A stretch of 60,858 nt of DNA, the filler included, from Sphacelaria rigidula (taxonomy: Eukaryota): NCBI GenBank assembly GCA_964200075.2. It is 7 parts of 7 records of this genome, joined end to end, with 100 filler letters (N's around TTAATTAATTAA, not from the genome) between each part and the next. Parts side by side here need not be neighbours in the genome. Positions count along the whole stretch, not along the records: positions 8,712 to 17,321 come from CAXNAA020010610.1; positions 17,422 to 26,031 come from CAXNAA020010611.1; 5 more parts are not named here. One strand, given 5' to 3'. The notes below the pieces were generated by a model, which worked only from the letters and a program-made list of their open reading frames with translations, did no database searches and was not told the DNA's origin. Positions 13,447-26,131 of the stretch are shown piece after piece. The position numbers and the translations under genes were made by a program. How positions within the stretch are numbered: the stretch's first letter is position 1; each line of letters begins with the position of its first letter.

Positions 13447-13680
13447 AAGCTGGGGAGTCTGGAACATGCGAAAACCCGAAAGACCCAACGACAAAGAAGT
13501 TGTGGCCTGCTTCTGGTTGCCCCACAGACCCATAATATCTTACGATGTGTGAAGGGCGCGGACGGTTATGTAGCGGAGATCACGAAGATCCAAACATGCC
13601 TGAGACGTCTTGCCGACAATTACACGCCCGGACGTGATCATGTGGTGTCATCATGCAGGGGATGCTGTTTGTGGATTTAG

Positions 13681-13998
13681 GCGAGTCGTTACCGACTGGA
13701 CATTGTAATAAACACGAGCCAGATTACGCATAACTTGAGCTTTGCCAGCGCACACATCGCGTACGGCATTCTTTGCACCTACGTCGCCGGAGGGTTCTCC
13801 ATTTTGCCTTGGGTTGATGTTGTCGTCAAGTTGAACGGCATGTATGTGTACAGCGTGAACCGGGTTGCAAAACACGTGTACCACGAGATAGACGGGCTTA
13901 CAATGGTTACACGAAGCGATAATGCGTGCGATCACAACTATACTGTCTGGACGTCTTGGAACCCATCTCACACGTACCGAAACGTGGAGATGCTCTGA
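13681..13998 (+). CDS. Candidate terminal exon, unknown protein
   Basis: TTTAG acceptor ends at 13680, followed by 105 open codons ASRYRLDIVIN...WTSWNPSHTYRNVEML*; protein-like composition only. Confidence 0.3.
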   Translation, partial: ASRYRLDIVINTSQITHNLSFASAHIAYGILCTYVAGGFSILPWVDVVVKLNGMYVYSVNRVAKHVYHEIDGLTMVTRSDNACDHNYTVWTSWNPSHTYRNVEML

Positions 13999-16055
13999 AA
14001 CACCGAAAACGATCACCCGCGACCACCCGTGCATCCCCCTCTTTATGGGGGGTTGGTCGAACTGAACACCTTGCGGTTTGTTTGATGAAGGGCCGGCGGC
14101 GCTGCCGCCATGCTGCACAACATCGATTTCAAGGGGCACTGGCATGATTCCGCTGCGATGTGGCACGTTGTGTCTCGCTCCTCTCGGTAATCTGAAATAC
14201 TTGTAATACACTTCCTCCGTTCGGGTTCTAAAATGGGTTTCAATAATAAATAGCCAAAATAGACATCCTGTTTTCAGGTAACCATGTTAGGTCATTCACC
14301 ATGAGGCCCGAGACCTACATCGTAGAACAATTACATTCCTCAACCATCGAACGGTATCAGTCTCTTATTTATTTATCTCCGCCGCACACATTTCATGGTG
14401 TGCCTCCACACGCATCGTCTACATATACACAAAAAACAGGGCAACGGCGACACGGTGAGAGAAAATTCACGACGTGGCTTATTCCCGATGCATAGAAGGA
14501 CGGCCGGGCCGATGATTCCAGCTCGGAAAGACTTCACACGCGGCCAATCGGCTCCTCATTGAAATTCCACCATGGCGTTTGTTTTCCTCTGGAGGGCAAA
14601 GTGGCCCTCCGGAGGATGAAATACCACCTGGTGGCTCTGGAGTGGACAGTAAACAAGACGCCAAAGGGCACATTGTTCCCCCGAGCACGTAATTTTACTG
14701 AGGGTGCCTCTGGGAAAATTTGGGGGAACAACACTCTCCAGTGTGTAAATTTACCTCTAGAGTTTGCACTACATCAAACCTCTGGACGACATTATTCATG
14801 TCCCGACTGCCTCCATGGCACTTTTGGGACCCCAATGATCTTGTAGTTTAAACCACCACGCCAGATACATACCACGCGCCGCTCACAGATCGAACCATGC
14901 AAAGCCCACAACACTTATTCCCAGCTACCAACACAACTCCGCAGGAAAGAGCACAATTTGGGCACAGGGGTATAGATTCACACTGCCGTACTTGGGTATG
15001 ATGTACTTCTTGTTGGTGGAAACTTGTTGAGCATCTCCATTCATGGTCGGAATCGCGGCTACAGAACCACGCAGGGTAGGGTGGGCAACCGGCTTGCATA
15101 CATACTCATGGATAGTGCAGGCAGTACAAAGCTGCACGTTGTTCAGGTGCCTTTCACGTTGCACTGCAAGCAGACAACAAATGGCCCTGCGCTGCCTGTA
15201 CTGTACTCTTCCCGCTTCCCTTTCACATCCTACTGACTGTGCAGTTGTGAGCATGTAAGAACACGTGTACTGCAGTAGCTGACGGTATATGACACCCCTC
15301 ATACATTCCAAGTGACAGGCATCCACATTGTTTAGTCCTACGTAGCGCACATGCCGTGCTAACATTGCAGCATATGACACCGCACGTATGAACACCGTAT
15401 GGTGCCGTCCTGCACGGTATTGTGCCGTCCAGTACAGCACCAAACCGTGTTTTTTGTTGAAATCATTCTTTTATCAAGGTAGAGTATACCGCGATCAGAT
15501 TTTTTCGCGTTGTTGTTGATCGAACTTATTGCTTCGGTGTGTTTTTGGTAGACCCTGACCTACGGGGTCTTCAGGATCCATATATATATATATACGGTTG
15601 TGATGTATATACCGGTCTAACATCACCATCTAACAGACAATTCTACCGTGTGAGGTTGTACACTAAGACGAGATTCAAGCCCAAAACAGTGCTTTCTCCG
15701 CACTTTGAGCGATGATGCCCATTGACGTTTTTGTCGGCCTAATGCCCCTCGATGGCGTGGATACTTTGTCAGCGCATTTTATCGATTGTGTGAGCTTTCA
15801 GCGCCGAGCAAAGCCCTTATTTTATCTGATATCACTCCCTACCCCCTAAAAATTCAGGGGGAAATGACGGTTTGGGTCAGCGCTGTAAGCTCACCGAGTC
15901 GGCAAAACGTGCTGAAAAAGTATCTACGCGATCGAGGGCGATTAGGCCGACAAGTACGCACTTTTCGGGGCTTGAACCTCATTTTGATGAACAAACCCAC
16001 AATACAGATTTGTCCGTTATCAGCTTGAGATTCATACCACGGTCGTGTGGACATA

Positions 16056-16165
16056 CACGGGTGGCCACCGCGGTGCGTGCAACCTCAAGTTTGGACCTTA
16101 CAGACGTTGCACAAGGTCTGTAGCGTCCAAATTCGAGGTTGCAGGCACCCCAGTGGCCACCCGTG
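16056..16165. mobile_element. 110-bp hairpin MITE with TA flanks (Tc1/mariner-like)
   Basis: TA|CACGGGTGGCCAC...GTGGCCACCCGTG|TA; arms complementary almost to the centre. Confidence 0.75.
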
Positions 16166-16943
16166 TACATTCGCAATCGTGTTAGGGGATTTGTATACAG
16201 CAGGGGATGTTGAACAACTCTCTCTTTGCTCAATTGATATATGAATCGGGGGGCAAGACCATGGATTTTCAACAACCGCTGCGGCCTCTCGAATCTCGTA
16301 CGCTGATTACGGTACAGTATGTGGGGCCCGAAGAGCAGATTGCTGCCCGCAAATAGGTCGTGTTTTCTCCGATTTCAGGATGAGTTGGCGATCAAAACGA
16401 GGAATTATTTCGAACAGCTTCTGCTGTACAAATCTCATCTGCCTTTGTATGGTATTTGTAGGGCAGAAGCTGTTCGAAATAAATCCTTCATGCCCAATTC
16501 CAAATTTGAGTTAGGCGTAAAGGGTTTTTCCTGAGCAGCAGGGGCTGTTCAAATACCGAACTTCTACAGCACGAGTGCCTCTAAAAACAACCCAGAATAT
16601 TTCAATATTGACACAGACCTTCGAGGGTGACCACAACATTAAAAATCCTCGAGACGCTTGAGGATACCCAAGATCACCTAGGGGGATTCCAAAACAGAAA
16701 GAACTGAGGGTGACTTTGAAAACCCCCCACAGGATCTTCGACGGCAGCCGAATGGCCGCGTGTTACTCTACTACTGTTCCATTATGATTCCGGTGCATTC
16801 CACGATTTTGGGTGTGCGCAGCTTAACTTGGGGTTGAAGATTAAAACATCATATATTCCTTCCAAGGGCAGGTCGAGTAAAGTATACACTCAATTGCGGG
16901 GTATGTTGAAAGTCGTACTTAAAGTACACAAATTGGAGGTAAA

Positions 16944-17321
16944 CACGGGATCTTACAAATCGGGGATCGATCTGTTATTGGGGATGAGAAACCCGGAGGA
17001 TTAAAATCTTCGTACCCACACCAAATCTTCGAAATATAGTTCATTTTTTCCACGGACTGATAGCTTCTGACAACTGCTACACGCCATGGAAATTTGGATA
17101 TTCATCACCGAAATGTTGCGGTCCTGGGTGAAAAAACGATTTCGGAACCATTGTGGCGTCCGTTCGCACATCCAAAATTCCTCAAAGTTGGTTTTCCACC
17201 TAGAACCCCTAAATTTAGGTTATCGAAATCCATATTTGTACGACGTGTAAACAGCCGATCATCTATGTTGAGGATGGTGCTTTTCATTGAGGATGAGAAC
17301 CCGGAGGATTAAAATCTTCGT
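16944..17321. mobile_element. Second copy of the 1682-2121 foldback element, truncated/rearranged at the contig end
   Basis: Begins CACGGGATCTTACAAATCGGGGATCGATC; internal loop in opposite orientation to copy 1. Confidence 0.8.
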
Positions 17322-17421
17322 NNNNNNNNNNNNNNNNNNNNNNNNNNNNNNNNNNNNNNNNNNNNTTAATTAATTAANNNNNNNNNNNNNNNNNNNNNNN
17401 NNNNNNNNNNNNNNNNNNNNN
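17322..17421. other. Artificial contig spacer
   Basis: N44-TTAATTAATTAA-N44. Confidence 0.98.
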
Positions 17422-17434
17422 TGCGTCCGCCGCG

Positions 17435-17640
17435 CCAGGCTCGCAATCAACCAAGCGCGACGCGCCGTCGTGTGTCCGGTGAGTCGCATGAAGGGTGAGC
17501 TACACCCTGCTAAGATTGTTCGGCCCGAAGTCTGCTGATAATCTTGCATTTGGGTGACATCCTACAATGAGTTGCTTTATTATCAGGTATCGGCACTTCC
17601 AGAGACAGCCATGGCTTATACCCTGTCTCATGGGTGTGTC
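17435..17640 (+). repeat. 3' part of the structured SINE-like family also at 46200-46745
   Basis: Colinear similarity from CCAGGCTCGCAATCAA through CCTGCTAAGATT, ATCTTGCATTTGG and CACTTCCAGAGACAGCCA to CTCATGGG. Confidence 0.75.
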
Positions 17641-18534
17641 GGGGAATTTGGGGGGGGGAGGGGGGGCAGATGAGTGTACGGAGGAGGCACCACTCACCAG
17701 TTTCAACACATATCCCGGGCCAGACGTCTCATGATTTCAAAACTTCAACCAGAAGATATGAACACGAAGAAGAACCACTCACAAACATGGATACGGAGGA
17801 AAGAGCATAGAGAAATCTACAAGCACACATGAGGCGCAAACAACACAACTCACCCGCGGTGCGGATCGTAAAAAAAAAACATCAGTCGCAGTATAAATAC
17901 AAGTCGTACAGTACACGCTGCGAGTCGTCAGTCTCGGGTCTTATATAGGATTTATTTATTAGTACAGGCAGCCTGTCACGTCCCTACACAAAGAGCAGTA
18001 GATTGGGGGGGCATACAAATTTTGCAAAAACCGCGTGCCGTGCTGACTGCACTGTACTGTTACTGTGCGCACATTCAAAGGAAAGCAATGACCATGTTAG
18101 CTTGGAGCGTGCCCCACGCACGCTCTGCCGTACACTTTGCGGCTTTGGTCGCAGGTGACTCGAGTCGAGAAGGGCTACTTTATGCTCTTTCTCCACTTGC
18201 AACACCGTCCAGCCAGTTTCGGTCTAGATCGGGCAGGTTTCTTTTCCTCATTGAAAAATAAAAACGCTGTTATTGCTGCGAGTCGTGTAGAGCTTTGCAC
18301 ATCAACCCTAGCGTGCTGAAGGTGCTGTAGTCATCCTGAATTCTGACGGCAAGTACAGTATCGCTTCGGCACGCACAAATCTTTCCATCGGCAACTCATA
18401 TTCCGCTGGGAATTTTTCTTCTTGTCTTGGATGATTGTTCGGGCTGTTACTTCTCAGTTTTTTACTCCTTTTTGCCTGTTCTATCTTTCATATTTTGTTT
18501 TATTTCATTTTCTACTTGAAAAAATGTTTTTTCC

Positions 18535-18662
18535 TCCTGCGAACGTTTCCACTTTGTTTACCTTGGGTACGTTCATGTTGGGAATAATGATGATGGGTGG
18601 GTCCCTAGAAGATTACTTCATGTGCGGCACTCAGTCGATCGATCAATCAATGAATCTATGAA
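18535..18662 (+). mobile_element. Diverged 3' end of the (AATC)n-tailed RTE family
   Basis: TTGGGTACGT...GATTACTTCATGTGCGGCAC..GATCAATCAATG preceded by a T-rich UTR. Confidence 0.6.
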
Positions 18663-19194
18663 TCGATGTTGATGGTTATGCCATCTAATCTGTAGCATCG
18701 TCTGTGCAGAGATGGAAGAGCCGTCGACGGCACGGCGAAAACAAGCGAGCGAGGAAATCTGAAATCTAGGGGATGCGGTTGTCAACGTAACCTCGTAGAC
18801 AGCTGCAGGTCACGGCTGCACTACTACTGCACCGCCACCACCACCGGTATACTGCAAAAGCGCCACCTATGCTGCATCTCTGTGTTCATTTCTGCTACCG
18901 TGCAGTACGTGAAATGCGGTATGGCTCCTAATGATGGTGGCTATACGCTTGGAGGATGCTCCTGAGTTATGATGTATTACTACCTATTTTGTGCTGTGCA
19001 GCAGCAACTAATAGTTGTCTGTACAGACCATTCATGCTTGTGGGCATGCACAAGAGACAGGCCTGTGATCAACCATGTACAGTATGCCATCTCCGAACGT
19101 TTCACGGCTGTGCAGTTCCGACAGCACGGTACGGCATTTTGACGAGTGCATTTGATAACAAAAAAAACCAGCAACGTATCAACCATAATTGGAT

Positions 19195-19290
19195 GGAAAA
19201 GCGTCAAGTCTGCAATCATCAGTCTACATACTTTGGAACTCGGAAAAGCGTCAAGTCTGCAATCATCAGTCTACATACTTTGGAACTCGA
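19195..19290. repeat. Perfect tandem duplication of a ~46-bp unit
   Basis: GGAAAAGCGTCAAGTCTGCAATCATCAGTCTACATACTTTGGAACTC twice. Confidence 0.9.
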
Positions 19291-19509
19291 AAAAGGTCAA
19301 GGCGTGTCCCGACTGTGAAGTGATGGAACCCCGCTTCCACGATTACCCCCCCCCATATCTAAAGCCCGATTCACTACAAGGCTGAATCCCATTCGAAGGG
19401 CGATTGACTTTCGCTCGCACTCCATTGCCTTGAAAGTGGCGCCCCCCACCAGAGAGACAAGCTGCCAAAACATGAGCTCTCGACACCAGTACCACGTAAT
19501 AGTCCTTCA

Positions 19510-19643
19510 CACCCTGGACAATAGATTATATTGTAAAAAAATGTACTGCGTACAGTATGGGATATATTGCCTGCTGCAATAGGTGCAATAGTCGATACTG
19601 TACACAGTACACTTGTTGACAGTGTATTCTGTTGTCCAGGGTG
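19510..19643. mobile_element. Small MITE; same terminus at 8330
   Basis: TIR CACCCTGGACAA / TTGTCCAGGGTG. Confidence 0.55.
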
Positions 19644-20505
19644 TATATTCCCTTCACTGCCCGCGGTGGCCTTCTGTTCCGACAATCCGGCTTGTCAACG
19701 GTCCCGCCAGCTTTCGAGGATGGCAATAGTGTAGGAGTGAATGAACGCGAGTCGGCCGGGCGGACGCTAAAACGAATTTCCGCGCGTAGAAGTGTGGCTG
19801 ATGGGATTGCAGCTGCCTGTTATGCCTGAGCGGTCGGGACTGTGTGTCGAAGCACTTCTTTTTTCGCCTACATGTTGCGAACCGCAGAAAACTACCGAGG
19901 TCGCTCTTCTTTCTCCAACCGTCTGCGCCACGAGCTCCCGCTCGGGCAAGCAGGGATTTGTAACGGGGAAACGTTCACCGCTGCCGTTCGATGCACGTTA
20001 CTCGCGACGGTGTCAACTTGTGGTCGTCGTGCTCAGAAGGCTGTGGGGGTAGGGGCCGAAAATTCCGCAAACCGCGGGCACAGAATCACAACACCACACA
20101 GCCACACACGTAAGCGCCGCCTACACGTGGCACGCACGCCCCCCGCCGGTGATTTCACACCGTTGAGCTGTTCAGCAACAGTCGAGGTAAGTTGACCATG
20201 TGTACGTACTGCCGTTGGCGCGATCGTGTCCACTGTAGTGTACTATTAAACAAAAAACGGTTCTGATGAGGCAATGCCACCGGCCGTCGCTCATGTATAA
20301 ATGCCCCTGATGCGTGGCCTGAGCGTGGGAGCGCAGCCCTTGTCTCTTCACCTAGAACTACCATTGCGAACCCTCGGCAAAGAAGAGAAGAGAACGAGGT
20401 GGTCAACTGGTGCATGGGCGCTATGTTGCCCTTTTTTCACCCAGTTATCGAAACAAACAGATGCCTCTTTGTTCTCCCGCGGGGGGCGGGGGGCGGGGGG
20501 CGGGG

Positions 20506-21949
20506 ACGTACTCATTCGTCACTTGCCTTAGTCGTTTGGCCATTGACCACGCATCCCTTTCGAAACGGAGCACCGTTCCTACTCCTAATAGAGACACCTC
20601 CAACATTCCGGCGCTCATTACGCTTCTTCCATACATTACACAAGAATATTTCACATATATTAGCCACGTCCTGTTACGCCGTCTGTGGCCACCATCTATC
20701 TCCTACAGTAGTGTAGCCACCATTTTTTCGCTTCTGTCTAATGCATCAAACGATGCCATGCCACCTTCGTTCAAGCTCCGCATTTCCCCCTCTAGCACGT
20801 CCCGTTCCTCCTTGTATAATTCACATGCTGCCACTATATGGCTTCTGCTCTCTATTGCTTTGCCACAGAAGCAGTTCTCTGCATCTACTCCCTCCTCCTT
20901 TCGACTACTGGTATATCTCTTTCTTCTTTCTGGCAGGTCAAGATCCCCCGCCCAAAATCGCACTTTCAGATTTTTCGCCGCTGCAGATATGTTTTCATCC
21001 CTATCCCTTCTCTCAACCCCCTGTATATCTCCAGGTGTTCTTCCTCGTCTACTTCGCGTCTGACCGTTTCTTTACCCTTGTTTTTATCATGTCTCTTCCT
21101 TGTGTCTTCCATCCCCCACCTTCACCTATGGACAGTATTTCGTCTTGGTTTCCTCCTATCTCCATCCATACTTTCTCGACTTCTCTATCCCACCTTATAG
21201 CACGCCCTTTCGTACTTTTCCTCCATACAGCCCTATCAACTATGGCTGGCAATCTCTTTCTCTGCACAATTCTTTACGCTATATTGCCACCTCAATTTCC
21301 TCATGTCTCTGTTTGTTCCAAGTGGGTACAGTCCCAACTCTGTCTCAAAACTGTGTTACTCGTCATTTTCGAGCATCCAAGTGTTTTCTTTGCTGGTGCC
21401 ATCTGTGCTGTTTCCAACTTTTCCACCAACTTCACATTCCCCTCCCATACTTCTCCTGCATATCCCAGCTTTGGTACAATCATGTTCATCAAGACACATC
21501 TCTCAATCCTAGTATATAGGTGCGAGTCTCTGAGGATCACGTCCAACCTGCCCATCTCCGCCTTACCCGTTTTATTACTTCGTCTCTGTGCGCATCCCAA
21601 AACAGTTTTTTGATATCTCCACGTCAAGGTATGCATACTAGTCTACGATCGGCAGTACCTGTTATCCCCTCTTCCATTTGAACTCTACCGGGTCCTTTTT
21701 TCTTCGTTACATACAAGCACCACGCATTTGTTACCGTTCGCTGTCACTCTCCATCTCCTAGTGTATTCTAGGCCCTTCTCTATTTGCTTCTGCAATTCTT
21801 CTGGTGTTTCTGACAACGCCCGCGGAATCATCCGCGAACAGCAATCCTGATACCATATCTTCCCCGACCTTGACTTTTTGCTTTGCTGCTTCCATTGCCA
21901 TTATCAGGTCATCAATAAAGATGTTGAATGAAGTGGGTAATAACGTACA
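20506..21949 (-). mobile_element. 5'-truncated, decayed RTEX-like LINE (RT C-terminal half plus CCHC zinc-binding region)
   Basis: Fragments FNIFIDDL..VSGLLFADD, IVPKLGYAGEVWEG..KLETAQ..AKKTLGCSKMTSNTVLR, CFCGKAIESRSHIVAACELYKEER; flanked by the imperfect TSD TG(T/C)T..CCCGCGGGGG(G)CGGGG at 20470 and 21950. Confidence 0.85.
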
Positions 21950-21982
21950 TGCTCGCCCGCGGGGGCGGGGGGGGGGGAGGGG

Positions 21983-22194
21983 CGTACTCATTTGTTGCCT
22001 GCCTTAGTCGTTTGACCATTGACCGCGCATCCTTTTCGAGACGGAGCATCGTTCCTACTCCTATTAAAGACACCTTCAACATTCCGGCGCTCATTACATT
22101 TCTTCCATTACAGAATAATCGAGACTGATGCTACGATTGGGGGGAGGGGGGGGGGCGTACTTATTTGTCGCTTGCCTCAGTCGTTTGATCATTG
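21983..22194 (-). mobile_element. Two further short 3'-end copies of the same RTEX-like LINE, each next to a G-tract
   Basis: GGGG-CGTACTCATTTGTTGCCTGCCTTAGTCGTTTGACCATTG at 21983 and a variant at 22156. Confidence 0.85.
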
Positions 22195-23049
22195 GCGGGG
22201 GGAGGGGTGGGGGGTTATTCGACACGAAACTATAGAAAAAATAGTGTAGTGCGGAAACGCTTTTGACATTCTGACACACATGCACACACATACACACACA
22301 CGTCACGTCACGTCGTCGCCCAAACTCTACCATATCGTCACCAACCCCTCCCCACGCAAAACGTGATCCATGGTCGAAGAACATGTCCGACCCCTTTTTT
22401 TGACCTTTTTCTACGGCCTGGAGGCTCGACATCCCCGCGGAGTGATTGACACACCGCACGACTCTTGACAACTGACGCAACAGGCTGCGAAATACTGAGG
22501 AGTACACAGGGGTCTCGAGTCCCAAGGCCGTAGAAAGAGGTGAAAAAAAGGGGTCGAAAATGTTTCTCGACCATTCGATTTTGTGCCCTGCGGTGGGTTG
22601 GACGGCGGCTGTGGAAGACCGATATTGGTCAGATAGAGGTACACGTCGGGCATAGTATGAGACATCATAAGACACAATGAGGTACAAGATTAACTTTGTA
22701 GTTTTTCCGGGTACACCTACCCCATTGTCGGACAAAATAGGGTACTCTGCGAGAGGCCCTTGTTTCCCGCTGTGCTGTTCGCGCCTAAATCGCGCTCTTT
22801 TTTTGGGAGCGCCGGTGTGCATGCTCTTCATTGACTGTGGGCTCCTTACCTTTGCCTCAGGATTGATTCTCGAGTGGTTTGGACCTAGCACGGACAGCTG
22901 CAAATTGCGCGGTTACCTGTACGTACGTTTGGGCTGCAATAGATCGTGACGTACCCACTTGTGTCCTCCGCCGGGCTTTTTTTTTTTTCTCGTAACATGC
23001 CTAACAGCGTAATTCGATCATTTCGTCAGTAAACGAAATGCGATTCAAC

Positions 23050-23236
23050 CACCGACGAGGAAACAGGACGGCTGATCTCTCCTCGCGATAGAAACTAAGG
23101 CGAGCGCCGCCGAAGGAAAGTGGACAAGCAAAAACTCCTGTGTGGCCTTCGTCTCCTGTGATCCGGCTGGCGCGCTCACAAACACCGGAAGGAAGGTGTA
23201 CAGTGGGCAAGAAAATATGGGACGAAACACACACAT
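23050..23236 (+). mobile_element. 3' portion of tRNA-derived SINE family B
   Basis: Matches the 3' half of 37426-37757 (CGACGAGG..CTCGCGATA..GGCCTTC..ATGGG.CGA.ACACACAC). Confidence 0.65.
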
Positions 23237-23292
23237 ATTTTTTCCTTGAGAAATTTACCCGTGCCGCCTCCTCAAACTCGTCACTCGCGAGT

Positions 23293-23540
23293 ATTGATTG
23301 ATTGATTGATTGATTGATTGTCGCACTTTAACTGACCCCCCAGGGGTCCAGCCGTGGTCTCATGACAGACGTACCCAAAAAAAACGAAACTGAAACACGC
23401 TCTGAGAAAAAAAGAAGGAAACGAAAAAAAAAAATAATAAAGGTCGAACAGAACGACATAGCAGACTAAGTCGTACAAACAAAAAAGTAATAAAAAAAGG
23501 TGATGATGAAAAAAAGTCGACACAAGCAAATTACAGAGGA
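23293..23540 (-). mobile_element. 3' end of the RTE family with (AATC)n tail
   Basis: (ATTG)n-TCGCACTTTAACTGACCCCCCAGGGGTCCAGCCGTGGTCTCAT is a near-identical reverse complement of 2432-2490. Confidence 0.85.
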
Positions 23541-23568
23541 ACTATGTTAAGTGCGATTCTGTGCTGAC

Positions 23569-23753
23569 CTCGACAGATTATCAAAGGCGGGGAGCAGATC
23601 CAACAGATCTCCGATCCCCCATGCCTCCGCCAGGTGACCGAAGACGCAAGCATCCAGCGAAGTCGGCGTTGCCCCGAAAAAGAACGCGTCCTGTTTCCCC
23701 AGTCGCAGGTCTAGAGCGGAGTAAAGCACTCGTGCTTGCTTCAGAAGGTCGGC
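23569..23753 (-). CDS. Metaxin-like (GST C-terminal fold) internal exon
   Basis: cag|ADLLKQARVLYSALDLRLGKQDAFFFGATPTSLDACVFGHLAEAW...DNLS|gt; FFFG..PTSLDA.VFGHL is the metaxin/FAX GST_C motif; in phase with the exon at 25803-25919. Confidence 0.85.
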
Positions 23754-23808
23754 CTGCGGGGGAAAACCGGAAAACAGTCAAGTTATCGGGGGTTTCCGGT
23801 TTGGGCTA

Positions 23809-24928
23809 CGAGCTGGTTCAGATTGAACGCCCAAAATTAATTCCCCAGGAATTCCTCACGCCGGTTTTTCGAGTTAGACCACGAAAATTTGCACACATAT
23901 TCTTGAGGGCACTATCTAAAACTCGAAGACCATTTTTTCTTTTTGTCGAGATAGTCGGGATTTGACCCCTCCCCCGGTCAAGTAGGTCAACCGCGACCTT
24001 GGAAAAAAAGTCACCAACAACAAAATATATAAAAACCCGGTCTTCGAGTTTTAGATAGCGCCCTCAAGAACATGTGTGCAATTTTTCGTGATCTAACTCG
24101 AAAAACCGGCGTGAGGAAATCGCGAAACGTGCGCTGAATCATGAAAAAGTCTGCGTGTCCCCCTGATTACTTGATTAAAGTAAAAAGTGACGGTTTTACC
24201 GGTTCTTTTTGGCTTGCACGCGCTGTTCTACTCAAGATTTTCGAGTTAGGTCATGAAAATCTATACAAATGTTCCTTGGATAACCACTAACCCTAAGGTG
24301 TCGAAAGTTTGGGGGTTGAGGCATTCTCTACCGGTTTCCGGGGGGTCTTTAAGCTAGGACCCCCGGAAGCCGGTAGAGAACGGAGAAACTTTACAATCGT
24401 GCCAGGCATGCAATTTTTACATTTGAAGCATCAATACCTGTGGAACTGCCAAGTTTGACGATGATCTGAGCTTTTCTGCAACAGATAAAGGGGAAATTGT
24501 CATGAGGCTCCGTGGGTCTTTCGTATATGTCGTGAGTGGAAGTTAGACGACGCCAAAGGTCCACATCACCGAAACATTACGGTTTTGGGCGAAATTCGAC
24601 CCCGTTGGAACCGTTTTCAACTCTGTTTCTCCCATTAGATTCCCGGGCTGATGACGGCTACTACGAGTTGAACCATGTGGAGATTCGGTGAAAATTGGGC
24701 TTGAAATTCGTGTTTTCAATTTCGGAACAGTTTGGAGGGCGCTGATCGGTCGAGACATACTTTTGTCCATAGCGCCATCGCTATAGCCTTAAACGAAAAT
24801 ATGGCTACGTCACCATTTTTGTCTGTTCGTTACGGCCAGTATGGTACCCCATTTGTGCATCTTGGCTGGGTTTTGCGTTCGTCATCAGCCGGTGAATAAA
24901 TTTTGGGTATTCAATCTGAACCAGCTTG
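23809..24928. mobile_element. Non-autonomous Tc1/mariner-like TIR element (1.12 kb) in the metaxin intron
   Basis: TA|CGAGCTGGTTCAGATTGAACGCCCAAAATT ... AATTTTGGGTATTCAATCTGAACCAGCTTG|TA; internal inverted repeat 23850-23931/24039-24120; homologous to 41216-42640. Confidence 0.8.
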
Positions 24929-25802
24929 TACGTGATGTCATGGTCAGCCAATATAGGCACAGTGTAGGTACGAGTGTATACTAATGGGAAATAGTCAAAG
25001 GTGGGTATGCCCACCCTCTTATTCAGCCAAAATTGGGCATAGGTACAAAAGTTGGAGGTGTCCGTGCGAGGCCCTAACAATCATGAACCTCGATCCCGAC
25101 GCATAGGCGACACGTCCACAGCTTATGCAGAGCATGTACACCACGCACACACGCCCGATTTGGGGTCAGACAGCACCGCAGGGCGTAAGAGCCTCGCAGA
25201 ACACCCTCTCCTGTCGATAATCGGGTGGGAATACCCACCACCAGCTACTATGTTCATCATATACCTCTTTGTGTCTATTTTGGGACCCAATTTTGTCCGG
25301 ACTGTAACCACGTTAGGCCACCCTCGGTCTTCCAAAGCCACCGTCCAACTTCTCACCGCAAGGCACAAATTTGAATAACCGAAGAACGTCTCCAAAGCTT
25401 CTTTTCACCTCCTTCTACGGCCTGGAGACTGGAGAACCCACCGTCGGTGCTGTCTACCCGACAAAAACGAAACTCTGGGGGGTGACTGACACACTGTATG
25501 TGAGGTACATGTTGTTGTTGCACTGTGGATTTCTGCCGATCACAGTCAACAGGTTTCCTTCCCAAGCTCTGTATGAATCAACCTCGAAGACATGCAAGAT
25601 TTAAAACAAAACACGATATAACCAGAATTGGGGCATCGGACGTGGAGAGCGACACAAACCGTAAGTGGAAAATGTTTTATGCAAGGGGGGTAGGTAGGTA
25701 TCCCAGAACACATCGGCAGAGGACTCACTCACAATGAATTGACACCACACTTACGTACGGTACCTTATTCTGTCCCCACGACGGCACCCACCCATACTGT
25801 AC

Positions 25803-25919
25803 CTTCTTGAGGCCATTGAGACCGCGCGCCGACGCCTCCTTCTCGCTTCGTCGCTCCTCTGCACCGGGCGACCACCACGTCAAAGGCCAAGGTAATGCCG
25901 TCTTCATCGCGGGGTGAAC
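25803..25919 (-). CDS. Metaxin-like gene, preceding exon (117 nt, phase 0-0)
   Basis: cag|VHPAMKTALPWPLTWWSPGAEERRSEKEASARGLNGLKK|gtacag; LP(F/W)PL motif of the metaxin linker region. Confidence 0.75.
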
Positions 25920-26031
25920 CTGCGGCAGTCGCATCACATTTCATTTTTATTTAGTTAGTGTGCCACAAGTCGCTGGATGACGCAGCGCGCACGCCGAGGG
26001 ATGAGGGGGGGGGGGGGGGCGACCTCCTTTG

Positions 26032-26131
26032 NNNNNNNNNNNNNNNNNNNNNNNNNNNNNNNNNNNNNNNNNNNNTTAATTAATTAANNNNNNNNNNNNN
26101 NNNNNNNNNNNNNNNNNNNNNNNNNNNNNNN
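26032..26131. other. Artificial contig spacer
   Basis: N44-TTAATTAATTAA-N44. Confidence 0.98.

Noticed and set aside
17596-17620. ACAGCCATGGCTTA resembling the RNase P/MRP CR-V motif
   Set aside because: Not conserved in the second copy (46710) and no CR-I partner found.
19195-19290. CRISPR-like direct repeats (also 6636-6678 and 5180-5270)
   Set aside because: Adjacent tandem duplications with no series of unique spacers, no cas genes, eukaryotic context.
20264-20300. CTGATGAG hammerhead-like core
   Set aside because: No stem II followed by GAAA and no flanking helices.
20741-21613. 290-aa plus-strand ORF
   Set aside because: Antisense shadow of the decayed LINE on the minus strand.
22094-22903. 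269-aa minus-strand ORF
   Set aside because: Runs through unrelated repeats (LINE stubs, a CA tract, a dispersed repeat); no protein-like signal.
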